A stretch of 64,000 nt of DNA from Eledone cirrhosa (GCA_964016885.1 OZ024752.1:26722001-26786000), one strand, 5' to 3'. Shown: positions 45,687 through 59,770, counted from the stretch's first letter. The notes: a model not told the origin generated them from the sequence alone. Translations and numbers: made by a program.

Positions 45687-46130
45687 CATGCTACTGTACG
45701 TCTGTATACACATATGTATGTACGTATACATGCATACTTACATTTAAGTAAGTGCCATACTAAGAGTGAGAAATGAAATTTCGTTTTCATTTTGTTTCAA
45801 TTTATCGTTTTCGGTATGCCTGACCGATTTAACTCACTCAATATGCAAATTAGGCTGCTCAGCCGTTAATTTTCATAAGGAAAGTATATACTTTCGAACG
45901 TTCAACTATCTGGCAGATGGGTAAACGGTGCTGATGATAGCTAACAAGCTTGAAACTAGTACATCGTTCCTGTGTCAGTGTTGAACAAAAAGGTGACGTG
46001 GTTGCCTTAACACCGTATGGCATAAATTCAGGCTGTTCAGTTTGTTTACAAACGAACAAAGCGACGTTATAATAAGCGCCGCTAAACTGATACGTGCATA
46101 TATGTATGTGTACCTGTATGCATATGTATA

Positions 46131-46165
<35 letters not shown>

Positions 46166-46612
46166 GTGCATGCTACTGTACGTCTGTATACACATATGTA
46201 TGTACGTATACATGCATACTTACATTTAAGTAAGTGCCATACTAAGAGTGAGAAATGAAATTTCGTTTTCATTTTGTTTCAATTTATCGTTTTCGGTATG
46301 CCTGACCGATTTAACTCACTCAATATGCAAATTAGGCTGCTCAGCCGTTAATTTTCATAAGGAAAGTATATACTTTCGAACGTTCAACTATCTGGCAGAT
46401 GGGTAAACGGTGCTGATGATAGCTAACAAGCTTGAAACTAGTACATCGTTCCTGTGTCAGTGTTGAACAAAAAGGTGACGTGGTTGCCTTAACACCGTAT
46501 GGCATAAATTCAGGCTGTTCAGTTTGTTTACAAACGAACAAAGCGACGTTATAATAAGCGCCGCTAAACTGATACGTGCATATATGTATGTGTACCTGTA
46601 TGCATATGTATA

Positions 46613-46652
<40 letters not shown>

Positions 46653-47096
46653 CATGCTACTGTACGTCTGTATACACATATGTATGTACGTATACATGCA
46701 TACTTACATTTAAGTAAGTGCCATACTAAGAGTGAGAAATGAAATTTCGTTTTCATTTTGTTTCAATTTATCGTTTTCGGTATGCCTGACCGATTTAACT
46801 CACTCAATATGCAAATTAGGCTGCTCAGCCGTTAATTTTCATAAGGAAAGTATATACTTTCGAACGTTCAACTATCTGGCAGATGGGAAAACGGTGCTGA
46901 TGATAGCTAACAAGCTTGAAACTAGTACATCGTTCCTGTGTCAGTGTTGAACAAAAAGGTGACGTGGTTGCCTTAACACCGTATGGCATAAATTCAGGCT
47001 GTTCAGTTTGTTTACAAACGAACAAAGCGACGTTATAATAAGCGCCGCTAAACTGATACGTGCATATATGTATGTGTACCTGTATGCATATGTATA

Positions 47097-47138
<42 letters not shown>

Positions 47139-47582
47139 CATGCTACTGTACGTCTGTATACACATATGTATGTACGTATACATGCATACTTACATTTAAG
47201 TAAGTGCCATACTAAGAGTGAGAAATGAAATTTCGTTTTCATTTTGTTTCAATTTATCGTTTTCGGTATGCCTGACCGATTTAACTCACTCAATATGCAA
47301 ATTAGGCTGCTCAGCCGTTAATTTTCATAAGGAAAGTATATACTTTCGAACGTTCAACTATCTGGCAGATGGGTAAACGGTGCTGATGATAGCTAACAAG
47401 CTTGAAACTAGTACATCGTTCCTGTGTCAGTGTTGAACAAAAAGGTGACGTGGTTGCCTTAACACCGTATGGCATAAATTCAGGCTGTTCAGTTTGTTTA
47501 CAAACGAACAAAGCGACGTTATAATAAGCGCCGCTAAACTGATACGTGCATATATGTATGTGTACCTGTATGCATATGTATA

Positions 47583-47613
<31 letters not shown>

Positions 47614-48060
47614 GTGCATGCTACTGTACGTCTGTATACACATATGTATGTACGTATACATGCATACTTACATTTAAGTAAGTGCCATACTAAGAGTGAG
47701 AAATGAAATTTCGTTTTCATTTTGTTTCAATTTATCGTTTTCGGTATGCCTGACCGATTTAACTCACTCAATATGCAAATTAGGCTGCTCAGCCGTTAAT
47801 TTTCATAAGGAAAGTATATACTTTCGAACGTTCAACTATCTGGCAGATGGGTAAACGGTGCTGATGATAGCTAACAAGCTTGAAACTAGTACATCGTTCC
47901 TGTGTCAGTGTTGAACAAAAAGGTGACGTGGTTGCCTTAACACCGTATGGCATAAATTCAGGCTGTTCAGTTTGTTTACAAACGAACAAAGCGACGTTAT
48001 AATAAGCGCCGCTAAACTGATACGTGCATATATGTATGTGTACCTGTATGCATATGTATA

Positions 48061-48095
<35 letters not shown>

Positions 48096-48542
48096 GTGCA
48101 TGCTACTGTACGTCTGTATACACATATGTATGTACGTATACATGCATACTTACATTTAAGTAAGTGCCATACTAAGAGTGAGAAATGAAATTTCGTTTTC
48201 ATTTTGTTTCAATTTATCGTTTTCGGTATGCCTGACCGATTTAACTCACTCAATATGCAAATTAGGCTGCTCAGCCGTTAATTTTCATAAGGAAAGTATA
48301 TACTTTCGAACGTTCAACTATCTGGCAGATGGGTAAACGGTGCTGATGATAGCTAACAAGCTTGAAACTAGTACATCGTTCCTGTGTCAGTGTTGAACAA
48401 AAAGGTGACGTGGTTGCCTTAACACCGTATGGCATAAATTCAGGCTGTTCAGTTTGTTTACAAACGAACAAAGCGACGTTATAATAAGCGCCGCTAAACT
48501 GATACGTGCATATATGTATGTGTACCTGTATGCATATGTATA

Positions 48543-48577
<35 letters not shown>

Positions 48578-49024
48578 GTGCATGCTACTGTACGTCTGTA
48601 TACACATATGTATGTACGTATACATGCATACTTACATTTAAGTAAGTGCCATACTAAGAGTGAGAAATGAAATTTCGTTTTCATTTTGTTTCAATTTATC
48701 GTTTTCGGTATGCCTGACCGATTTAACTCACTCAATATGCAAATTAGGCTGCTCAGCCGTTAATTTTCATAAGGAAAGTATATACTTTCGAACGTTCAAC
48801 TATCTGGCAGATGGGTAAACGGTGCTGATGATAGCTAACAAGCTTGAAACTAGTACATCGTTCCTGTGTCAGTGTTGAACAAAAAGGTGACGTGGTTGCC
48901 TTAACACCGTATGGCATAAATTCAGGCTGTTCAGTTTGTTTACAAACGAACAAAGCGACGTTATAATAAGCGCCGCTAAACTGATACGTGCATATATGTA
49001 TGTGTACCTGTATGCATATGTATA

Positions 49025-49059
<35 letters not shown>

Positions 49060-49175
49060 GTGCATGCTACTGTACGTCTGTATACACATATGTATGTACG
49101 TATACATGCATACTTACATTTAAGTAAGTGCCATACTAAGAGTGAGAAATGAAATTTCGTTTTCATTTTGTTTCA

Positions 49176-49180
<5 letters not shown>
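42727..49180. mobile_element. Family A hammerhead retroelement array: ~1.3 antisense units plus 12 near-identical sense units of 478-488 bp
   Basis: Periodicity from the repeated ORFs: 482,482,488,488,482,484,486,478,482,482,482; junction ~43337; one hammerhead per unit. Confidence 0.95.
43502..43546 (+). ncRNA. Type I hammerhead ribozyme (first of 12 sense copies; predicted cleavage after GUA at 43539)
   Basis: aacggtg/catcgtt stem I, extended by ttcaac..ctggca / tgtcag.gttgaa; CTGATGA; agct-aaca-agct; GAAAC-TA-GTA. Confidence 0.85.
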
Positions 49181-49209
<29 letters not shown>

Positions 49210-49908
49210 CGTTTCTGAATTTGTTTAGCAAGATTCTTTATCTGAAAACGTGTGTTGAAACCGATATTGTTATACTTTGGGAGGGTCATGTTGCCAATAA
49301 GAAACACACGCACCAGTTGCCTTCACTTCAATTTATTATAATAAATTTATAAATTTAGGAATTTATAAATTTCCGGTTGGTTGGTTGGTTGGTTCCACAA
49401 CAAGATGATTGTTTATAACCAACCAACCAACCGGAAATCTATAAATTCCTGAATTTATAAATTTATTATAATAAATTGAAGTGAAAGCAACTGGTGCGTG
49501 TGTTTCTTATTGGCAACAATGACCCTACCAAAGTATAACAATATATATACATATATATATATAAAATATAAAACGAAAAATCAGTGATGCATCTGAACTC
49601 AATTTATTGTGTGTTACAATTGTTTCGCCGGCAGACAGCTCGAAACACGATCATTGTGTGGATCTGTCTCATTCTGGATCTGCAGGTTCGTCGGGCACTT
49701 CTAATAATTTCGGATCAAATTTTCTCCGTGGGGTGTTAGCGTAAAAATTAAAACCCTCTTCGCTCGTCCTGCTATTGGCTGTTGTTCTTCTACGTCATCA
49801 TAAGTTATGGCCAAAAGGTACAATCAAACTGACCATCAGCTGTCCTTTTTCCTGCCACACTTCAATGAATCCCTGGTGGGTTTGGTAGTTCACACGTCCA
49901 CGCGCGTA

Positions 49909-50008
<100 letters not shown>

Positions 50009-50215
50009 AGTGACGTTTGGTCAAAATTGAGAGTTTAGAGGAAATCTCTTTGAGTTCATTTAAGATGACCTGGTTCAGTGAGTTGTTGTTTTGTTGAGAC
50101 TTTGGTGGCATTTTCGGTCTTTTGAAAAGCAGAAGAACTTCGAAACCGGTAAAGGAACCAAATAAATACATATATATTTTTTTAAATAAGACTCCAGTTG
50201 CATTTTCGATTTCAT

Positions 50216-50321
<106 letters not shown>

Positions 50322-50344
50322 TCTCACACACACACAATCATATA

Positions 50345-53300
50345 AATAACAACATCCGTACGCATATACTCCCGCTCCCACAGGACACTTATAAAACTTT
50401 AAAAAACACCTTTAAAGAGGAGGTGGGTCCCCCCTGCGTCGGGCCCATTAACCGCGTCCTCCTAAAAAACTACCCTACCCCCTCCCCAAACACCCACACA
50501 ACTCCAAACACCCCAACCACACAACACACTGATGCCCCTACACTTCCACAAACCACCACCCCACCCAACAACCCATCCCCCACCCTCATGGAAATTGTGC
50601 AGCCCGATACCCGGGACGCAGAGAGGTAAGTGCCTTTTCTCTTCACCCACATAGCAATGCTAAGAGTAGGCTGTTTAAATGCGCGTGGCCTGGGCTCAAC
50701 TTGGAAGCAAGCAATGCTTCTAAATGACCTCAGGTCACAACGTATAGATGTGATGGTTATTTGCGAGGCCCGGATGAGCAACGTGGGACAGCTGGCCCCC
50801 ACCTTTGATGACTTTGAGATGCACGCATCTCTCTGTCAGCCCGGGGGTGTGGGTGGGGTTGTCGTCCTGCTGAAAAAACATCTGGGTCTCGCAACACAGA
50901 TGGTACATTTGGACCCGGAGGGTCGACTAGTGGTTCTAAACCTTGGCAGTGGTGAAGGCGGAGCGTTTAGGTTGGTAGCCGCCTACGGCCCTTTCGGGTC
51001 AATGCGGCCGGACTTCTTCTATCTTCTGGAGACTTTTCTAGGGACGTCCCGCTCCTTGCTATTAGTGGGGGACTGGAATGGTATGCACGCTGGGACTACG
51101 TAGGGGCATGTCCCGATAGAGAGGGGTGTAATAGCCTCACAGTGTTAATCGGTCGATTTGACCTGGCCGATAGATATCGACTAGATTTTCCGACTGCGCC
51201 AACCTGTACTTGGGCAAATCGTATCGGATCATCTAGGTCGTACCTAGATAGGTTCTTAGTTAGAATTAAGGATAAGGACTTTTTAATTTGTCCAAAAATG
51301 CGCATGGTTGGCTATTCAGACCACAAGTTAGTGACCTGCATGGTCAACCTTGACAGAACGCATAGGCAGGTACCCGGTTACTGGAAGCTCAACTTGTCCT
51401 TACCGGCAAGTAAGGCTTACAGGGACTGGATAAGCACTTTAGTTAAGGAGCAGTTGACGGGCGCCATCGTCAACAGCAGGTGGTGGGGATCTCTCAAAAG
51501 AGAGATTAGAGTAGTCTCTATAGAATTTAGTAAGGAGTTAGCCTCAAATAGAAATAGGAAGGAAAGGGAGTTGGTAGATAGTGTAGAAGAGGCAATTAGA
51601 AGCGGCGACGTGGTCAGAGTGCTAGCGTCGAGAAGGGCCCTGGGCCAGTTCTTCGACGCGAAACACGAAGGCTGCATCGTCCGAAGCAAAATACGTGCTC
51701 TGGGAAACGAGGGGACCAAAGCTGTTAGCTGGGCCCGCGTGACAGAAGCCAAAATAGGGAGTAGATCCACTATCCGGTCTTTGCGAGACCAGGATGGACG
51801 GGTGATCCTTGAACCTAAGCAGATGTGCGAGGCTTTTCAAAAGCACTTTGCCAGATTGTTCGGAAGGGGCGGCGAGCCGGTTGGGGAAGTGGACTTCGGT
51901 CCATACCTCGACGGCCTGCCGCGTTTCTCGGACAGGGAGGCGAAGTCCTGCGAGGAGCCGATTTCAGCCGCTGAGATAGAGGACGTGCTGAGCCAATGCG
52001 GCAAACGCAAATCCCCGGGTCTCGATGGTCTTCCATACGAACTGTATCTAACTATGCCGGACTTGTTCCCCGATCTCCTCGAGGCGGTCTACTGCAACTG
52101 GCAACAGAACGGGAGAATTCCCTGTGCTGTGACCAAGGGCGTAGTCACGCTAGTGAGGAAGGACGAGAACAAGGGGGACGATGTAAATAATTTCAGGCCC
52201 ATAACTCTGCTAAATACAGAGTTACAGATTTTGGCCAAGGTGCTAGCAAAGAGATTAGCGCTTGTCGTGGGCAACCTGGTGGGAGATGCGCGGATATGTG
52301 CTATCCCGTCCAGGTCCATCCACGACAACCTCCACCTCATGCGATACATCATAGAGAGGGTTGGGAACGAACCCGGCTTTGGTGGGGCCCTGATCAACTT
52401 GGATCAATCTAAAGCGTTCGATAGGGTCGACCATGGTTACCTGGATGCGGTGCTAGCGGCGGCAGGCTTCGGACCCGTTTTCAGCGGCTGGATCAATGCC
52501 ATGCACAGCAGCCGCATCTGCTCTAGGGTCAAGGTGAACGGCTACCTCTCGGAGCCGTTCGAAATCGCGCGGTCCATCCGACAAGGGTGCCCTCTCTCCT
52601 TCCTTCTGTATGTAATGACTGTAGAGCCACTGCTGCGGAAGTTGGAGTTGTTGCAGGGCATCCCGTTGGAACCGGGATTGCGGAAAGCGAGTGTGCCCAG
52701 GCGCTCACGGCTTTCTGGCAGGCGGACCCGGCTGTCAGTGGAGAATCCACCTCGTCATTCTATAGAGGGCTGGTGGTTAGCAGGTGCGACGACGCCCTCG
52801 GAGAAGCCCTAGGCATGGAGGAAGACGAACTGGCCAACCTGTTCGGTAGGACATTCAGCCCGGGACCCATGGATAACTTCCAGAGGTCCCTGGCCTGGCA
52901 GTGCTACAGAAGGGCTCTGCCCGTTCGAGAAAGGCTCTACAGACACGGGCGCCCGGGTAGGCATCCCTCGAAAAAGATCTGTCCTAGATGCGTGTGCGAC
53001 GAGGAAACCGTTGCACACGCATTGGTACACTGCTCGGGCATTGCCGATCTGTGGGGCTATGTCGAACAACTGCTGTCAAGGGTGGGACCGATCCGGTTGA
53101 CCACCGAGTCTATTGTTTACGATCAAGCCGCCTCCCCTCTTCAAAAAGGAGGGATAGGCGGTGTTTCTGTGCGTAATAGCCATGGCGAAAGAAGTTGTAT
53201 GGTGGACGCGTCTGAAAGGTCTGAAAGACACCTTTCTCTCTGGCCAACAACTGGTCCGTTTCTTCCGATATCATTTCGGAAGAAGGATCAGGATGGAGAG

Positions 53301-53625
53301 AGAAGTGCTGCACCCCAGCCGTTTTTATGAAAGATGGGTGAAAGTGGCGTGAATGGCCCGTGTGAATGGGCCTTCACTCTACATCAGACTATAGGTGAGG
53401 AAGATGAAAGACCAAGGGAGTACCCCTTCTCTGTGCTCCTGAGGAGACGGGTTGCACACGTTTTTTCTATTGAGGATTTTGTTATAAATTTTATTTTGCT
53501 ATATTTTATTTTATTTTTATATTTTGTTATTGCCTCCTCCATATTGAGGACGCCTTGTTATGTAAACTCCCCCCATTGTATTTGTCCCACTTTTTGATGC
53601 CCTGGTGGCAAATAAAAAGAAAATT
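50345..53625 (+). mobile_element. L1/Tx1-clade LINE, decayed (possible ORF1 end, ORF2 EN-RT-CCHC), with internal deletion removing the RT YADD region
   Basis: MLRVGCLNARGL, GDWN, SYLDRF, SDHK, YWKLN, KSPGLDGLPYE, NFRPITLLN, LDQSKAFDRVDH, RQGCPLS, CPRC..EETVAHALVHC; 3' AATAAA. Confidence 0.93.
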
Positions 53626-53873
53626 ATATATACGCACTCAAAGAGAACCCGTAAAACTATAGACATACGCGTCTACAGATGCCTGCCTACATGCCCACGT
53701 ACATCACTTACACACACATACACACACACGCACACGCACACAGGCGCACACACATGCACACGCGTATATCTACTCGTATATACATAGACACGTAGAGACA
53801 TTTACATAGACACGCACACACACATACACACACGTGTCCATATATAAAGGCACAAAAACAGACTCGCTCGCAA

Positions 53874-53950
<77 letters not shown>

Positions 53951-54539
53951 AACAAGCCCTTACACTACAGTGTGTGCACGTACACACACACACACTGGCT
54001 CATATACACTCTTACAAATATGCGCCTATCACCTACAGGCCCACGCACGTCTACAAACATACATACATACATATATCTGTCTATACACAAATGTGATATA
54101 CACACAAAATCATATAAAGCTACACAATGGGTCATACAAAGGGTCATACATGAAAGGATGCATCTTGTTATACACATGCACAGATATAAACAATATAACC
54201 ATATACATACATCCATACACACACACACACACAGATACATACATATACATATATATATATATACACATACACACACACACACATGTACATACACACACAT
54301 ACATACACATATATAAAGAAACCTGCAATATACTAAAATATACATATAATGTCATACAATAAAAGATGTATCTTGTAGTAAACATGCACATATATAAACA
54401 ATATAACCATATACATACATCCATACATACACATATATACATTCATATGTACACACATATATACATATACGCATACATATATACACACATAGAAAAAATA
54501 AATATACAATATATTAAAAATATACATATAACGTCACGT

Positions 54540-54985
54540 GGAGATGTATAAAAAAAACGACAGAACATGTAACTGCAGAGCGGGCACCCAGAGCCCCCTG
54601 CAGGGAAGATGCCTGACGAAGGGCCTGGTATATAAATGTGGTTAGCACGCACAATTCAAAGCGCACCTACATCGACGCAACATCCACGACCTTTAAATCG
54701 CGGATGTATAACCACACGAACACTTTCAAGGACCGCAGTAAGAAGCACTCTACTAGGCTAGCGGACCTGGTGTGGGACTTGAAAGACAAGGGCACCCCGC
54801 ACGCGCTTGACGAGAATCGTTCGGCACGCGAATGCATACTCGGCTGTAAGTAGAAAGTGTAGCCTATGCCTATACGAATGCATACCGTTTCTCGGTATGG
54901 CGAACTAACTTGTGTAACCAGTTCTACCTAACTCGTCCCATGGACTGAGTGCTCTACCACTACGGATTACCTTCCAGTGTTCCAC

Positions 54986-54990
<5 letters not shown>
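54540..54990 (+). mobile_element. Penelope-like GIY-YIG endonuclease remnant
   Basis: TCNCRAGTQSPLQGRCLTKGLVYKC / KRTYIDATSTTFKSRMYNHTNTFK..STRLADLVWDLK, homologous to 5556-5990. Confidence 0.8.
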
Positions 54991-55045
<55 letters not shown>

Positions 55046-55299
55046 GGTGTTGGATGCTTAAAGCGTCCGTATACGATAGGCCGTATGAGTACCCGATGCC
55101 CTCGTAGAGCAGAGTATGATATCACAGAAAAAGGAGAATCACAGCTGCGACGAAAGGAATTTCTTGGAGATATTACAATTGTTTCTCAAGCGACCAGCTC
55201 GTATCCGAGAACCGCGCGATTTCAGAGTCAGGTTTGATCACCACATCGATCGAGCCTTTCGTCGCAACACTGATTCTCCTTTTTTCTGTGATATATATA

Positions 55300-55350
<51 letters not shown>

Positions 55351-55438
55351 TAGTTTTGCGAGGTTTTTTATATCGTGAGTATGTTCTGTTATTAATTCTG
55401 GCAATATTACACAAATATGACCCTCCCCAAGTATAACA

Positions 55439-55530
<92 letters not shown>

Positions 55531-55809
55531 ATATATGTATATATTGAGTGGTCAAGTATGAAATTTGTAAAGATTTCTGAAAAAAAACAAACAAATTTCT
55601 ACAAATTTCCTACTTGACGACCCAATATTTATATGTGTGTTTGGGTGGTTGTACGTGTGTTGTATGTTAGGAAATTAAATCAATTCTTTCACTGAATTAT
55701 TCAATTAACGTTGTAAAAAAAAATCAAATGTGAAGATACATATCGAGAAACATGAATTCTCATATAACTCAAAAACAATCAGTAAACATCCCTACTCACT
55801 GCTATCGTA

Positions 55810-55910
55810 GCGGAGTTGCCCCCGCCCCATCCGCAGGTGAGAACCCACGTCTGTTCCAGCGCATCCCCTCGCTGTCCTCCGGGGCAATATATTCTCCATC
55901 CTGACGGCCG
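55810..55910 (+). mobile_element. Possible C-terminal remnant of a CRE-like (RLE) non-LTR element
   Basis: With one frameshift reads LFQRI-LAVLRGNIFSIL, resembling the FQRISxAxQRGN terminus. Confidence 0.35.
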
Positions 55911-56298
55911 GGATCCAGCAGCCAAGGGTTAATTAGCTGCAGCTGGAGGATACTCGTTCGGGCGCCCCTTTCTCTCTATTTCTTTAAAATCATAGCTATG
56001 GTTTGTTACCCTAAATTAACGTTAATGTCAACTGATGAATAGAATTGGCCGTCGTCACAAGTATGAAAATACACTCTTGACAGATACAATGTGTCCGAAC
56101 ACGGAAGAGTCGAACTTCCACCATCATCGCCCCCATCTCTCTGTATAACCAAAAATTTGGAAAAAAAATTAATAAAATAGCCTTCGGCCTCCAGGACGCA
56201 TGGTAGATTTTAAAGACTTATTTTATGGAAAAAAGTAGCATTTTCGACGCTGGGAAGTACGGTAAATATTTAAAAAGGAAAATTTAATATTGACTTAC

Positions 56299-56376
56299 CA
56301 ATCTAGTGACTGCATAGACACTTATCCCCAAATGAAAAATAACGCCTAACAGCGCCAAAACCAATCGTGTCCCCAT
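56299..56376 (-). CDS. Host gene exon 1: signal peptide of the ITIH-like protein
   Basis: ATG-initiated MGTRLVLALLGVIFHLGISVYAVTRL then |gtaagt, phase 0, compatible with the exon at 21678. Confidence 0.7.
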
Positions 56377-57139
56377 ATTGTTGGTGCTTCTATTAATTTC
56401 TTTTGCTTTCAGATTACTCTTGATGAGAATAATTCTTTTAAAATGTTCAAACTTAGAGAAATACCTTCAAGGGTATCAATGTAGTTAAACCGTAAAGCAT
56501 TGGAAAACGTATGAGTAAATGTGTTTATATAAACGAATATACTCGTAGACGGATGTTATAATTCTGTCACAATCAACTTAATTTTATATTCTGTGAAACT
56601 GATATTATTAGGATTTTAAAAAGTTCCTGAAATATACGACACTGATTGGATAAAATGTGTAAACGATACATTGCTAAAACGTATTAAACAAATTGTTTAT
56701 AGAATCTTATTTCAAATTTGTGTGAGAAAATATTTAAAATGAAAACATCGTTATATAAAATATATATGTTTATATTGTAAGTATTAAAGGAAGAAGGAGT
56801 GTTCTTTGCAGCTCCACCCATTGACGTATATAGACCAAAGTCTGCTGGGAAAACATGATGGAATACTCTGAAATATTGAATATCTTGGGAGAAGGCATAC
56901 GGTAGAAGAAACGTAGAAGGAAACAGCTCTACTCTGAGGTAGTTACTGTTACATGATAGAATGAATATTTTGGATGTTATATGGTATATTCGTGTAAAGC
57001 AGAATAGCACCAGATATATGATCAGTACTTGGTTTGCTTTAGTTGAGCTTTGTAGGTCAACAACTGATAATGGTTGAGCCTTTTCCTGTCATACAAACCA
57101 AAATTAGTTGCTTTGTATACAACTTCGGTTGGGGTAGAT

Positions 57140-59770
57140 CATCATCATCATCATTATTTTACGTCCGCTTTTCTCTGCTGGCAAGGGTGGGACGGGAACT
57201 GATTCTGGGTTGATTTCTACAGCTGGATGCCCTTCCTAACACCAATCTCATTTACAGTGAGTGCTGGGTGCTTTTTTTCCGTGGCGCCTACACGTCCACT
57301 TTACAGTGTGGGCTGGATGCTTTTTCGCGGTGGCACCTCCACGACCACTTTGCAGTGTAATGATAGGGACCCCTGTCCCTCTCATCTCATTTCTACAGCT
57401 GAGTAAACTGGAGCAATGTGAAATAAAGATATGTATGTATTTTGCACAATGATCTAAGGATTTCCACTTATGTTGACAGGGAAGATCTGCAGTGAGTAAG
57501 TTATGAGCGAAACATTAAAAGAATGAAAATATATCATTTATATATGTGAGTGTTGTTAGAATGAAAACTAGCAGGACAATATTGTTAGATATACCATACT
57601 GTATGACATAGTAAGACAGCCATAACTACAACACCTTTGACAAGAACTCAACTAGTGTTGACCTGGTCTAAAGATCTAAAATCTGTTTTAAGCCAGAATG
57701 CTCGTTTGGCCGGTGCTTATCTCGATTTGATGGCGTGAAGTGATTGAGAGTACAAGACTTTCCCCTGGGCAGGATGCCAGTCCATTGCAGGGTTAAACCC
57801 CCAGCCATTGCTGGTACTCATTTTCCACTGAGTATACTGGAGCAACGTGAAATGAAGTGTTTTGCTCAAGAACACAACAGGCAACCCAGCCAAGGAATCA
57901 AAACCACGACATTGTGATCATAAGTCCAACACCCTTACCACTAGGCCACACACCTGAGGTGAAATATATATATATAAAAAAAACAATATCAACAACTCTG
58001 ATGACTTCTAAACACGTTTTTATTAGTATATTGGAAAAAATGAGTAATTAGATTATATTCTGATTTTAGTTTGAATTGGTATAATAATTGTTTCTACTTT
58101 AGGCACAAGGCCAGCAATTAACCAGTGTATTACTGGTACTTTATTTTATCGACCTCGTAAGGATGAAAGGCAAAGTCAAATGTGCAGTTTTCTCCATGTC
58201 AGTGTATTTTCTCTGTGGAACATGAAACCACAAGATTTCAGTAGATTAAGTCTTCCATTATTTTAATCAGCAAATCGACTGCATAAGTTCAAAACAAATT
58301 AATGTAATATTAGAATATCTAATCAGTGATATTATATATCTAATATATCCGGATACTTAGAATGAAGACAAGCAATTAGCTAATATATAAAAAAAGTGAA
58401 AAGTTCATAAGAATGTACCGTATTTGTTCCAAGAAAGAAAAAAACATATTTTGAGTAATTTAATTCTTGTCCTCGAGAAAACATTCGCTCCTCATTTGCA
58501 CATCAGGGCTCATAGAAATATTGTTAAAAGAATAATGTATTTTCCTTCCCAGAACACGAAAACAAAATCGCTTGTTCCTCTGTATTCTCTGCTAAAATAT
58601 GTATTTTTGTTAGCTAAATTGAAAATACATTATCCATATTATTCTGGCGCCAATTAAAAGCAATTATCAAATTAATACTTAATAATAGCAAATATTTCCC
58701 CCTCAAATTAAAGCTTCATTCTTATATCTTACATCTTAAAACATTGATCAAGAGCTCCAGTATCTGTCATGTAATTGACCTTATGAAAGACCGATGTTTT
58801 ATGAGACAATCGTAATTCATTTGGTGGATTTTCAATACAGTTAAAGCTGGTAAAATAATCACCTGAAACAGGAAAGAAATCAACAAAATATTACTATATT
58901 TATATTTCACCTCATATTAGATATTAGAAGTAGTTCATCAATAGTCATTTTAATAAAATTCTCTGAAGATTAAACTGAAATAAAAGAAACTGATCATCAT
59001 CATCATCACTGTTTTACGTCTGTTCTTCCACACTAGCATGGGTTAGAAGGGTTGTCCTGTTGTGGGCAGTGTCCAGTCGGCTGACTTTGTCTTGCTCATA
59101 CAGGAACTGATTCTGGCATGATTTCTACAGCTGGATGCCCTTCCTAACACCAACCTCATTTACAGTGAGTGTTGGGTGCAATTGGGTAAGGTCGGCTTTT
59201 AACACCTCATCCCAGGTCTTCGTGGCTCTCCCCACTCCATGGCTTCCATCGACTTCTAGTGCTCTGCACCTTTTTATGCAGCATATATGCATATATTTGT
59301 TTTTACCTTAATATATATAGTCACGTGGTCACATGATCAAGATACATTTTGAGTGTTTTGTCAATATCTATTAATTTCATTACGTTTTCATGTGCTCCCT
59401 TCTTCACATAATATTTTCTTCAGATAATATCTTCTTCACATAACCATAAAAATAAATGTATACTGCATTATACATCTGTTGTTTCTTATTTCAATTGAAA
59501 TTACGCTTATATTTAAAATACACGAATATATTATTAATGCGTTAAAAAAAGGCAGTGGATTGGCAGTATTGTTAGAGCATCGGACATTATGCTTTGCGGC
59601 ATATAGTTACGAGTCGTTACATCCTGAATTCAAATACCACCGAACCTGGCTTTGCTGTTCGTTCCTACAGGATCAATAAAATATAGTACCTGTCAGGCAC
59701 TGGAGTCAATTAAATCATCATTCCCCTTCCTCCCCAAAAATTGCTGTCCTGGTGCCTAAATCAGAAACCA
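57140..59770. mobile_element. Cluster of SINE and short-repeat copies (57140-57425, 57700-57955, 58085-58180, 58995-59280, 59553-59775)
   Basis: (CAT)n tails, shared tttctacagctggatgcccttcctaacacc segment, tRNA-like heads and core shared with other SINEs here. Confidence 0.7.
58729..58862 (-). CDS. Probable terminal exon of an upstream gene (possibly an ITIH-like paralog C-terminus)
   Basis: tttcctgtttcag| acceptor; phase 1; DYFTSFNCIENPPNELRLSHKTSVFHKVNYMTDTGALDQCFKM*. Confidence 0.5.

Noticed and set aside
43338-49180. CRISPR array or tandem protein-coding gene cluster (repeated 137-aa ORF)
   Set aside because: No unique spacers and eukaryotic context; the ORF crosses a variable TA tract and is frameshifted in several units
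49240-49270. Hammerhead-like CTGAAAA..GAAACCGATA in the TGTTATAC family
   Set aside because: No 3-8 pair or stem I, and not conserved in the copies at 42660 and 31230
56523-56534. TATA box for the ITIH-like gene
   Set aside because: Plausible position but unsupportable in such AT-rich DNA without TSS data
56684-57010. 108-aa minus-strand ORF as a host exon
   Set aside because: No recognisable domain or convincing splice context
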